From contig CANRDN010000008.1 of NCBI GenBank assembly GCA_947629375.1, forward strand, positions 1,389-65,388: a stretch of 64,000 nucleotides of DNA, written 5' to 3'. The notes below the pieces were generated by a model. The model was not told the DNA's origin. It ran no database searches and saw nothing but the letters and a program-made list of their open reading frames with translations. Made by a program: the position numbers and the translations under genes. Below, in pieces: positions 7,428 to 15,734 of this stretch; the first letter of the stretch is position 1, and each line of letters begins with the position of its first letter. This stretch comes from an uncultured Bacilli bacterium. GTDB lineage: Bacteria; Bacillota_I; Bacilli_A; RF39; UBA660.

Positions 7428-9022
7428 GTGATTTGGATACAATAACTGACCAAGAAAATATAAGTGAAACAATTCCTAAATTAGTTAAACTTATAAATCC
7501 AATACTTGAAAAAAGAAAAAAGTTACACAAGAAGTATTCAAGAGGAGCAAAAGATAGTGTTGTAATGTTCTCTGATAACAAGGAAAATACAATAGTACCT
7601 TTTGAAAAATTTCTAACAGATATTTCAGCAGGATATTTAAGTGCCAAGCCAGTATATTCTGTTACTGAAGTTATGGAAGATGAAAAGAGAGAGTTACTTA
7701 AAGAATTGTTTGATAAAGAAATAAAAGATAAAAACTATAAAACAGCAATGGAAATGATTATTGATTATATAGTTGGATATAATGATGATGAAACAGAGCA
7801 TCACGATTTCATTCACGATATATTAGAAATGACAAGTGGATATGAGATTCTATATGAAAACGAGTTTAATGAGATAGTGTATTCTCGATATAGTCCGTTG
7901 AACACAGTTGCAATATGGGATTATTCAATACCAGCTAATTTAATAGCATTAGTTCGTGTTTGGCAAGAAGAAAACATAGATAAAAAAACAACGATTAAGT
8001 GTGAAATAACTGACAAACTCGGAACAAAAACTTATTCTATGACAGATCACTATAAGGAAGTAGAGGAAACTGACAATTCTAATCACGATTGGGGAGATGT
8101 TCCAGCAATTGCAGTTGAAACAGATTGTGCTATATTTGAGCCTTGTGAGGACGTTGTATCTTGTTTTGAACAATTGATTCAAAATATTAGAAACACTTAT
8201 CAATACAATGATACAGATTGCAAAATGAAAGTAAGTGGATATGTTCCAGAAAATCCATTAACTATTGAAAGAAGTTTTTACGACGAAGAAACAGAAACTC
8301 AAAAAACAGAAATAATAGAAAACGAAGCTCGAAAAAAAGAAGACGAAGCAATATTAAAGGCTAGAACAATATATGTTCAAGAAAACGGTGATGTTGATTG
8401 GTTAACGAAACCGATGGAAACCGCTGGTGCAATTGATTTGTTGAAAGTGTACACTAATTTGATGTTCCAACTAGCAGGAATCCCTAACACAAACGATTTA
8501 GCATTTAATAGTGCAGATTTAAATGCCAGTGCAATTGATAGAAAGTTCTACATTATGAATATGATGACAGCAAATGTAATTAGTGAAGTTAAAAAGGCAT
8601 ATCAAAGACGATGGGAACTAATATTTGGACGCATTAATCTTAAAAGAAATACACAGTATGACTTTAGAGATATAGATATTGAGTTACCAAAGAATTTACC
8701 AGCAAATGATGATGAAAAGATTGATTCAATGCTTAAATTGCAGAATATCTTATCTAATCAAACAGTTATAGAGAAACTTGGATATAACTATTTAGACGAG
8801 AAGAACAAAAAAGACACAGAAGCTGAAGAAAATATGCTAAATAATATAGAAAGAATGCAGATGCTAGAATCAGGTGGAGCAGATATTGGTGATACAACTA
8901 TACAAGAACAAACAGGACAAGATGAAATTGCAACCAACAAAAGTGCAGATGAAATAATTCAAGAGGCAGAATCCAACAGAGAAAAAGACAAGGAAGATAA
9001 AGAAGAAGATAAAGAAAAGTAG
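7415..9022 (+). CDS. portal protein (SPP1 gp6-like)
   Basis: 535 aa immediately after TerL with an acidic C-terminal tail. Size and position are typical of a portal protein. Confidence 0.85.
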   Translation: MLRISDLDTITDQENISETIPKLVKLINPILEKRKKLHKKYSRGAKDSVVMFSDNKENTIVPFEKFLTDISAGYLSAKPVYSVTEVMEDEKRELLKELFDKEIKDKNYKTAMEMIIDYIVGYNDDETEHHDFIHDILEMTSGYEILYENEFNEIVYSRYSPLNTVAIWDYSIPANLIALVRVWQEENIDKKTTIKCEITDKLGTKTYSMTDHYKEVEETDNSNHDWGDVPAIAVETDCAIFEPCEDVVSCFEQLIQNIRNTYQYNDTDCKMKVSGYVPENPLTIERSFYDEETETQKTEIIENEARKKEDEAILKARTIYVQENGDVDWLTKPMETAGAIDLLKVYTNLMFQLAGIPNTNDLAFNSADLNASAIDRKFYIMNMMTANVISEVKKAYQRRWELIFGRINLKRNTQYDFRDIDIELPKNLPANDDEKIDSMLKLQNILSNQTVIEKLGYNYLDEKNKKDTEAEENMLNNIERMQMLESGGADIGDTTIQEQTGQDEIATNKSADEIIQEAESNREKDKEDKEEDKEK

Positions 9023-9031
9023 GTGATGTGA

Positions 9032-10492
9032 GTGTCAAATGAAGAAATCTTGCAACAAAGATGGGATAAAACCGAAAAGACATTGAAACAATACCTAAAA
9101 AAATTTAATGCTTTAGGAAATGAAACAATTGATAAGATAATAGAAGCATTTGATAGTATCGATATAACATTTTCCGACCTCAATAAAAAAATTTCTAAAG
9201 CTGAAAAAAGACGACTAGATAGAAACATATTAGAATGGAAAGACAAAGGACTTTTAACTGGATATTTTGAGTATCTAATACTTTCAAAAAGCACTTATAC
9301 ATATAGTGACTTGATTGAAATAATTATTTACTCAATATTTATGGAACAAGAACAAAAACAGAATCTTTTAGCTAAAAAAGTATTTACTATAGTTGCTGAA
9401 GATATTTATAGTCAAGCTAAAAAAGAAATACCCATAAAGAACAAAAAAGAGTTTTCTTTAACTTGGGAATATATTTGGAGTTTACTTTGGGTTCCAACAT
9501 ATAACAAAAAATGGGATGAATATTTAAAGTTATTAACCTTAACTGGTGAGCAAGAAGTATTTAAGCAACTTTTAGTAAATATTCAAAATGATAGACCTTT
9601 GCTTGAAAAAGATTTAAAACCCATCATAGACAAGCAGACAAATAGAATTATATCTATAAGCAATGATAAATATAGTGGTGTATTAACTGCCACTTCTCGT
9701 CAACTAGGAAATAAGGTATATACTGATCCATTTGTATATACTGATTCATTTAAAAGTCAAAAAGATTTAAAAGATTTAAAAGTAAGATTTATAGCTGAAA
9801 TGGATAAAAGAACAACCAGGATGTGTGAAAGTATGAATAATATGCTTTTCTATGTAAATGATTGGAATAAATTTTATAGATACAGTGATGTTGATAAGAA
9901 AAATGTCCTTTATACAGTAAAAGGATTAGAGCAAGGAATCAATTTGCCTCCTATCAACAATCATTTTCACTGGTGTAGAAGTACAATAACATATTTAATA
10001 GATATGCCTGATGTCGAGTTATTAGCTGAATATAATCAGATGAAAAAGATAATTCCTAGTGAAGTACCTGGTACACTTGAAGAATATTCAAAATTAAGAT
10101 ATAATAATGGCAATTATTTTGAGGAATTAAAAGAAAAAGAAGAAGTAGGTATACATTATAATAAAAACATTGAAAGTGGTGAAAAAAAGAAAAAATTAAC
10201 ATTTAAAGAATATTACAATAAAGTTATGAATACTAGAGAATATTTAAGAAATGTTAAAGCCAAAGATATCGGTGTTATAAGTGAAATAAGTTTACATACG
10301 ATTGATAGAATGATAGATAGAAACATTACAAAGGAAGAAATAAAAGAAATATTGGAAAATCCGACAAATCATTGGTATACTACTATAAATAATAGTGAAG
10401 TATTCTTTAAAGATAAAAAAATGGTTGCTGTAAATAAAGAGAATTTAAATATTACAACGACATACAGAGGGAGAGGTAAGAAAAATGTTTAA
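9032..10492 (+). CDS. MuF / SPP1 gp7-family head morphogenesis protein with DUF4258-like C-terminal toxin domain
   Basis: MuF core FIAEMDKRTTRMCESMNN......PPINNHFHWCRSTITY. The C-terminal ~70 aa SLHTIDRMIDRNITKEEIKEILENP....VAVNKENLNITTTYRG fits the DUF4258 pattern (H..R...R.I..eei). Confidence 0.8.
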   Translation: MSNEEILQQRWDKTEKTLKQYLKKFNALGNETIDKIIEAFDSIDITFSDLNKKISKAEKRRLDRNILEWKDKGLLTGYFEYLILSKSTYTYSDLIEIIIYSIFMEQEQKQNLLAKKVFTIVAEDIYSQAKKEIPIKNKKEFSLTWEYIWSLLWVPTYNKKWDEYLKLLTLTGEQEVFKQLLVNIQNDRPLLEKDLKPIIDKQTNRIISISNDKYSGVLTATSRQLGNKVYTDPFVYTDSFKSQKDLKDLKVRFIAEMDKRTTRMCESMNNMLFYVNDWNKFYRYSDVDKKNVLYTVKGLEQGINLPPINNHFHWCRSTITYLIDMPDVELLAEYNQMKKIIPSEVPGTLEEYSKLRYNNGNYFEELKEKEEVGIHYNKNIESGEKKKKLTFKEYYNKVMNTREYLRNVKAKDIGVISEISLHTIDRMIDRNITKEEIKEILENPTNHWYTTINNSEVFFKDKKMVAVNKENLNITTTYRGRGKKNV

Positions 10493-10664
10493 TCCAGTAA
10501 AAATACTTTCAAAAGAAGATATAGAAATGCTAAAAAATAAAGGAATTACAGTTTTAGATAAAGACTTAAATTCTAAAGAAGAAATGGAATTATACAAAGA
10601 AATAACTACGAAATTAGATATTGATGAATCAGAAAGAATAATGGATAAACTTTCAGATAATTAA
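10485..10664 (+). CDS. small acidic ORF (59 aa), candidate immunity/antitoxin partner of the MuF C-terminal domain
   Basis: Not in the track (<60 aa). Its ATG overlaps the MuF stop (ATGTTTAA). Own translation is MFNPVKILSKEDIEMLKNKGITVLDKDLNSKEEMELYKEITTKLDIDESERIMDKLSDN*. A terminator follows. Confidence 0.4.
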   Translation: MFNPVKILSKEDIEMLKNKGITVLDKDLNSKEEMELYKEITTKLDIDESERIMDKLSDN

Positions 10665-10669
10665 AATAG

Positions 10670-10689
10670 AGCACTTTGAGTGCTTTTTT
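10670..10689 (+). terminator. rho-independent terminator
   Basis: AGCACT-TTG-AGTGCT hairpin followed by a T6 run. Confidence 0.55.
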
Positions 10690-10701
10690 GATGGAGGAAC
10701 A

Positions 10702-10899
10702 ATGGATAATTTACAAGAATTTCAAGAAGATACAGGATATAAAATAATTAGTTTTGAATATTATGACTATGATATTCCAAATTTTAGGGTGGAATTATAT
10801 AAAAATAATGTTTATATAACTATTAAAAGAAATATAAATCCACATATAAGTAATAATGTTGAAGAAATATTAAAAATAATAAAAGAAATAATAAAATAA
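10702..10899 (+). CDS. phage hypothetical protein (65 aa)
   Basis: ORF with a GGAGGAAC RBS at 10693. No recognisable motif. Confidence 0.5.
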   Translation: MDNLQEFQEDTGYKIISFEYYDYDIPNFRVELYKNNVYITIKRNINPHISNNVEEILKIIKEIIK

Positions 10900-11131
10900 C
10901 ACTATCTTTTATAGGTAGTGTACCAGCAGTGAATTTATTATAGTTGACTTTGCCCGGAATGGGGTTGTGCCTAACATACATCAACTATTTAGGTGATAAA
11001 ATGGCTACTGGTACAGTGCTTATAAGAATAGCACTAAAGCTCATTTACCAAGTGTAAAAGGGCAAAAATATCGTTAATACTGGTTATTGACGATTTTATT
11101 ATTTTACTCGATAGAAATATCGGGTTTTTTT
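10900..11131 (+). ncRNA. candidate structured non-coding RNA / regulatory leader inside the phage late operon
   Basis: 230 nt without a credible ORF. It contains several helices: 10900-10920 (7 bp), a long-range pair TACCAG 10921-26 with CTGGTA 11008-13, ATAGTTGA 10940-47 with TCAACTAT 10981-88, AGTGCT/AGCACT 11015-36, a 10-bp hairpin at 11070-11094, and a terminal terminator. Confidence 0.3.
11107..11131 (+). terminator. rho-independent terminator
   Basis: CTCGATA-GAAA-TATCGGG stem followed by a T7 run, about 70 nt before the scaffold gene start. Confidence 0.6.
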
Positions 11132-11201
11132 GTGTGGATTAATTAGCCTAACTAATTATGTATGGATATTTTCTATCCGTGAAAGAAAGGAAGGGTTATC
11201 A

Positions 11202-11801
11202 ATGAAAGATAACAAGTTTATGCCATTAAATCTTCAACTATTTGCTGAAGAGGAGAGTGGAAGTGTGGAGACTACTGCCGAAAAAGTAGATAACAACGAA
11301 GAAAAGAATACAAAAGAAGTTCCTGTTGAAAAGAAAGAAAAAACTTTTACTAGGGATGAAGTCAATAAGATGATTAATGCCGAAAGAGAAAAAGTAAAAG
11401 CAGAAGTTCTTAAAGAAGCAGAAACACAAAAAACTGAGGCTGAAAAGTTGGCCAAATTGGATGCTGAAGAAAAATTAAAATATCAGCTCGACAAAGCAAC
11501 TCAAGAAGTTGAAAGTTACAAGAGTCAGGTTAATTTCTTGACTTTAAAAGGTGAAGCTACCTCTTATGCATCTGAAAAAGGATTACCAATTGGGTATATC
11601 GAAGATATAGATTTTGCAAAAGAAACAGCTGAAAGTATAAAAACAAAGATTGATAAATTGAGTGATTTGAGAAGTAAAGATTTATCTAACTACTTAAACG
11701 ACAGACTTAAACAATCTGCCCCAAAAGAAGTGAATAGTAAAAAGGATACAGAAGATCCATACCTTCAAGGATTTAAAAATTATCAATCTAAAAGGAAATA
11801 G
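11202..11801 (+). CDS. capsid scaffolding protein
   Basis: ATG 11202 follows a GAAAGGAAGGG RBS. The N-terminus MKDNKFMPLNLQLFAEEE is the characteristic scaffold leader, and the body is a charged coiled coil. It lies directly upstream of the capsid gene. Confidence 0.75.
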   Translation: MKDNKFMPLNLQLFAEEESGSVETTAEKVDNNEEKNTKEVPVEKKEKTFTRDEVNKMINAEREKVKAEVLKEAETQKTEAEKLAKLDAEEKLKYQLDKATQEVESYKSQVNFLTLKGEATSYASEKGLPIGYIEDIDFAKETAESIKTKIDKLSDLRSKDLSNYLNDRLKQSAPKEVNSKKDTEDPYLQGFKNYQSKRK

Positions 11802-11813
11802 GAGGAAAAGAAA

Positions 11814-12644
11814 ATGGCTATTAATTTAGCAAAAAAATTTAGTCCTGTTGTTGATGAAACATTTACAACAGAGAGCAAAAGTTCACTAGTAACAAATAGT
11901 GATTATGATTTTGTTGGTGCAAAATCAATCTCAATCTATTCAGTAGGTACTGCTGATATGAATGATTACGGAAGAAACACTGAAGGTACAAATCGTTATG
12001 GAGAAGCAAAAGATTTATCTACAGAACTTCAAGAAGTTTCAATGGAAAAGGATAGATCATTTACATTTGTAATTGATAAAGCTGATGAAGATGAAACTTT
12101 AGGAGCATTAAACGCTGGTGAGGCTTTAGCAAGACAAATTAATGAAAAAGTAATTCCTGAAACTGATAAATATGTGTATGACAAAATGTGCACTAGTGCA
12201 GGTACAACAGCTGAAGAAGCAATTGATAAAACAAATGCTTACGATGCGTTAGCAACTGCAAATGCTATACAAGATGAAGCATCAGTTCCAGAGGAAGGAA
12301 GAGTTTGCGTTGGAAATCCAATGTACATTAAAAATCTAAAAGCAGATGAAAGAGCTGTATTAGATACTGAAGTTGGACAAGAAATGCGTATTAAAGGTGT
12401 AATCGGAGAAATGGATGGAGTAAACATCCAAAAAGTTCCTTCTAGATTATTACCTGAAAATGTTAACTTTATTCTAGCTCATCCAGTAGCAACAACATTT
12501 GCTGTTAAATTAGCAGAATATAAGATTCATACTGATGCACCAGGTGTAAGTGGTTCATTAGTTGAAGGTCGTGTATATTACACAGCATTTGTAAGAAACA
12601 ATAAAAAATCTGCTATTTATGTTTCTAAAAAAGCAAGTGAATAA
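11814..12644 (+). CDS. major capsid protein
   Basis: 276 aa with AGGAGGAAAAG RBS, placed after the scaffold gene. Codon usage looks like that of a highly expressed gene. Confidence 0.75.
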   Translation: MAINLAKKFSPVVDETFTTESKSSLVTNSDYDFVGAKSISIYSVGTADMNDYGRNTEGTNRYGEAKDLSTELQEVSMEKDRSFTFVIDKADEDETLGALNAGEALARQINEKVIPETDKYVYDKMCTSAGTTAEEAIDKTNAYDALATANAIQDEASVPEEGRVCVGNPMYIKNLKADERAVLDTEVGQEMRIKGVIGEMDGVNIQKVPSRLLPENVNFILAHPVATTFAVKLAEYKIHTDAPGVSGSLVEGRVYYTAFVRNNKKSAIYVSKKASE

Positions 12645-12663
12645 ATAGAAAGGAAAAGAAAAA

Positions 12664-12879
12664 ATGAAAAAATTTCAAGATAAAGTAACAAAAGTAATTT
12701 ACATTGCAAACACGGAAGCTATTGCAGAAGTATTTGCAAAGGACAGTCGTTACGTTGAATATAAAGCAAAAGAATCTAAGAAACCAGCAAAAGCTAAAGA
12801 AGATAAGAAAGCAACGAAAGCAAAAGCTCAAGATGAATTAAAAACAGATTCAGATGCTAGTAATTCTGATGAAGAATAA
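12664..12879 (+). CDS. small Lys/Ala-rich phage head-region protein
   Basis: 71-aa ORF with a KKPAKAKEDKKATKAKAQ low-complexity tail. Function unknown. Confidence 0.45.
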   Translation: MKKFQDKVTKVIYIANTEAIAEVFAKDSRYVEYKAKESKKPAKAKEDKKATKAKAQDELKTDSDASNSDEE

Positions 12880-12903
12880 AAGATAAAAAAGTGGAGGTGC
12901 AAT

Positions 12904-13203
12904 ATGAACGAAAATATAGAACGAATAAAAAAAGATTTAGCTGATAACTATCACGATGCAAACGATGAAGTTTTGACAGATATATTTAATCATTTTCTAA
13001 GTATTGCTTCCGATGTCTCAAACAGAGACAAAAATGATAAACAATTAATTCCATATGTTCATCAAGCAGTAATTGCTACATATTTACGCAGAGGTGACGA
13101 AGGAAAAGAATCAAGCAGTGAGGGTGGTATGAGTTCGGGTTATGTTGATATTGAAGAAAAATTAAGAAAAGATGTTCTAAGCATTAGGAGAGGTAATTTC
13201 TAA
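12904..13203 (+). CDS. head-tail connector protein (gp6-like)
   Basis: 99 aa. Called from size and synteny after the capsid gene. Confidence 0.5.
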   Translation: MNENIERIKKDLADNYHDANDEVLTDIFNHFLSIASDVSNRDKNDKQLIPYVHQAVIATYLRRGDEGKESSSEGGMSSGYVDIEEKLRKDVLSIRRGNF

Positions 13204-13547
13204 TGAAGTTAGTTAATCTTAAATGTGTATATTTCTATTCTCCAGTCGAAAGTAAAACTGATGGAGAAATTCAAAAAAGATGGAAATATAAAGATAAAAA
13301 AAGATTAAATAAACAAGATGATATTAATGAATTAGATCGTAACTCAGCAGGTACGATTGATTATGATAGAACTAAATTATTAATAGACTATGATATCAAT
13401 TTAAACAAAGGTGATGGTGTATCCCTAAAAGAAATAGAAATCGATTCTGAAGGATACACTATCGAACCGCCCCAATATATTGTCATTGCAAAACCAAAAA
13501 TTGGCAAAAAAACAACATATACTTGTGAAATATATCACGGAGAATAA
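13203..13547 (+). CDS. head closure / head-tail adaptor protein
   Basis: 114 aa with an overlapping start (TAATG). Called from synteny. Confidence 0.5.
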   Translation: MKLVNLKCVYFYSPVESKTDGEIQKRWKYKDKKRLNKQDDINELDRNSAGTIDYDRTKLLIDYDINLNKGDGVSLKEIEIDSEGYTIEPPQYIVIAKPKIGKKTTYTCEIYHGE

Positions 13548-13621
13548 TTATCAAAATAGATGTTAAAGTAAAGTCTAAAAAAGACTTTATAAAAAATATT
13601 GAAAAAGGACTGCCTAAAGCT

Positions 13622-14035
13622 ATGGAAGTACTGATGCAAAAGGCCCAGGAAATAGCTTTGAATAATAAAAGAGGAACTCGAAATAAGGATTTAATTCCTT
13701 ATGAAATTAGTAGTTCCAATTCTGAAGTAACTGGAAGATTGTATACAAACTTCGATTATGCGCTTTTCTTAGAATATGGAACGGGTAAAAAAGCGGAGAT
13801 GCCACATATTGGAACATCGGAAACATTTATAAAAAGTAACTTCTCTTACTGGTTCTTGCCAGTAAGTATGGTGGAACGAAAACTTAATAATCCAGTAATA
13901 TCGATTAAAGGTGAGCAGTTTTATATTATGTTTTCTACACAGCCTTATCCATTTATGAGGCCAACACTATTTGAACTTGAAAATAAAGCAAAAGGTATGT
14001 TCATAGAAGCTTTAAGAAAAGAAATAAGGAAGTGA
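13622..14035 (+). CDS. HK97 gp10-family tail-completion protein (true start probably upstream, non-ATG)
   Basis: NFDYALFLEYGTGKK is the gp10-family motif. The frame is open back to 13547 with no ATG/GTG/TTG, yet it encodes IKIDVKVKSKKDFIKNIEKGLPKA, which resembles the family N-terminus. Confidence 0.6.
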   Translation: MEVLMQKAQEIALNNKRGTRNKDLIPYEISSSNSEVTGRLYTNFDYALFLEYGTGKKAEMPHIGTSETFIKSNFSYWFLPVSMVERKLNNPVISIKGEQFYIMFSTQPYPFMRPTLFELENKAKGMFIEALRKEIRK

Positions 14036-14039
14036 TAGA

Positions 14040-14423
14040 ATGAGCGAATTTACAGTTGAAGATTTTTTAAGATACACTGTTAGACTGATTGAAAAGAATA
14101 GTAATGTTGAACTTTCAAATCCAGATGCTACGGCAGAATTTCCACTAACAGTTGTTAGCAATGCAATGCAAAGCATTTTAAAAACTGAAAACAATTTTCC
14201 TATACGAAAAAGGTTTTCTATCACTGTGGAGCATTGGGCCAATTCAAAATATGAAGCAATGAAAATGTTTCAGAAAACAAATGTCATATTAAGAAACAGT
14301 AATATGGCACAAGTTGGGACACCGGTAGATATGTATGATGAAATTACAAAAAAGCATCGTTATGGTGGACGATATGAAGTCATTTGGAATGGATTAATTA
14401 ATTGTTTAGAAAGAATTATATAA
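14040..14423 (+). CDS. tail component (tail terminator-like)
   Basis: 127 aa. Called from synteny between the gp10-like gene and the major tail gene. Confidence 0.45.
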   Translation: MSEFTVEDFLRYTVRLIEKNSNVELSNPDATAEFPLTVVSNAMQSILKTENNFPIRKRFSITVEHWANSKYEAMKMFQKTNVILRNSNMAQVGTPVDMYDEITKKHRYGGRYEVIWNGLINCLERII

Positions 14424-14457
14424 TTTAAATTTTTAAAAGGAAGGAAGGTAAAATTAT

Positions 14458-14913
14458 ATGGAAAATGGAGTAACACCAAAAGTAAGTACTTTGAGTACAT
14501 TATGGGTTGCTGAAACAAAGGAAGGTGCAAGAACACAGGTTGCTTATGTTCAAGAGATTCCACCTTTAAAAAGTGCAAAAGAAGCAATAACTTACAATGC
14601 TCTTGATTTAGAAGAAGAGCAACAAGCAAAAGGTAATAGAAAAGCAGAAACTCTGACAATTCCTTTACTATTTACTCATAAACAGCATAAGGAATTGACG
14701 GAAAAGTCAGAAAGTAATAAAGAATATTACTGGTTTATTAAGTTACCAGATGAAACAGCAATAGAAGAAGGAAAGCCACTTGTTTTTTACTTTACGGGTG
14801 CTTGTGACCTAGGATTAGATACTATTTCTATTGATGATTTATTAAAAGAAAACCTTACTATTTATAGAAGTAGTAAAGTTTCAGAAAGTGAAGGATTCCC
14901 TGCTACTGAGTAG
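14458..14913 (+). CDS. major tail protein
   Basis: 151 aa with a GGAAGGAAGG RBS, followed by a terminator-like hairpin and then the chaperone pair and tape measure. Confidence 0.6.
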   Translation: MENGVTPKVSTLSTLWVAETKEGARTQVAYVQEIPPLKSAKEAITYNALDLEEEQQAKGNRKAETLTIPLLFTHKQHKELTEKSESNKEYYWFIKLPDETAIEEGKPLVFYFTGACDLGLDTISIDDLLKENLTIYRSSKVSESEGFPATE

Positions 14914-14930
14914 GGTTTCCTTATTTTTTT
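14891..14930 (+). terminator. partial (attenuating) terminator after the major tail gene
   Basis: AAGGATTCCCT 14891-901 pairs with AGGGTTTCCTT 14912-922 (9 of 11), followed by a T7 run. Confidence 0.5.
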
Positions 14931-14943
14931 ATAGGAGGAAGAA

Positions 14944-15396
14944 ATGATAGTTTTACAAAATATGGGACAAGAATTTTGTTTAGTTCCTAGAACAAAAAAG
15001 GTAATTGCTCTAACAGAAAAATTAGATGCAAAAAATCTTAATGATTTAATTTTTAAAAGTGCAAACGAAGTAAATGTAAAAGTTTTAGCAGAAATCATAC
15101 TTGAATTTGCTGAAGGAACAGATGGCAATAAAATGTTTTCAAGTGTTAATGATGTATACGATTTTATGGATAGTTGGATAAAAGAAAATCAAAAATCTTA
15201 TAAAGATCTTTTTATGGAAGTTGCCAAGGTTGTAAATGAAATGGGTTTTTTCAAAGAGAAGATGACGGAAGAGCAAATGGAGAAACAGATGAACAATACA
15301 GCTTACGATATCGATATGGCAGAATTAGTGAGAAATTCAGCTCAAAAATTTGTGGACACAATGGCCGAAGAAGAGTTCAAGGGTTACAAAGGTTAG
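14944..15396 (+). CDS. tail assembly chaperone (gpG-like)
   Basis: 150 aa, acidic, immediately upstream of the tape measure with a second short ORF in the -1 frame. Confidence 0.6.
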   Translation: MIVLQNMGQEFCLVPRTKKVIALTEKLDAKNLNDLIFKSANEVNVKVLAEIILEFAEGTDGNKMFSSVNDVYDFMDSWIKENQKSYKDLFMEVAKVVNEMGFFKEKMTEEQMEKQMNNTAYDIDMAELVRNSAQKFVDTMAEEEFKGYKG

Positions 15397-15446
15397 ATTT
15401 TAAAGATCTTATTTATGAAATAGAACCTAAATGCTATCAATATGGA

Positions 15447-15722
15447 ATGACACCGAATGAATTTTGGAATTGTACATATAGAGAAGCGTATGTATTTGTA
15501 AATTCCAACTCTTTGCAAAGAGAAGAAGACTATAAGAAAAATATCATTTTGTTTGATGCATTAGGAGAAAAAATTATAAATGTGATAGGTAGAAAAAGAC
15601 CGAAAAATGTAAGCCTTGTTAGAGAAACCTTTAAAAATCTTTTTAAAGAAGAATTAAAAGTAAGCTCATCTCATCAACAGACTCCAGAAGAACAAATTCG
15701 AATCTTAAGAAGTATGAAATAA
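15447..15722 (+). CDS. tail assembly chaperone extension (gpT-like, probably expressed by -1 frameshift from 14944..15396)
   Basis: This ORF is in the -1 frame relative to the upstream chaperone and is open back past 15300. It has no convincing RBS of its own. Confidence 0.45.
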   Translation: MTPNEFWNCTYREAYVFVNSNSLQREEDYKKNIILFDALGEKIINVIGRKRPKNVSLVRETFKNLFKEELKVSSSHQQTPEEQIRILRSMK

Positions 15723-15734
15723 TGGGAGGTTCTT

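Noticed and set aside
11130-11201. Upstream extension of the scaffold ORF (track start 11130, MCGLISLTNYVWIFSIRERKEGLS...)
   Set aside because: The extension begins inside the terminator T-run and has no RBS. The ATG at 11202 has a strong RBS and yields the canonical scaffold N-terminus MKDNKFMPLNLQLFAEE.
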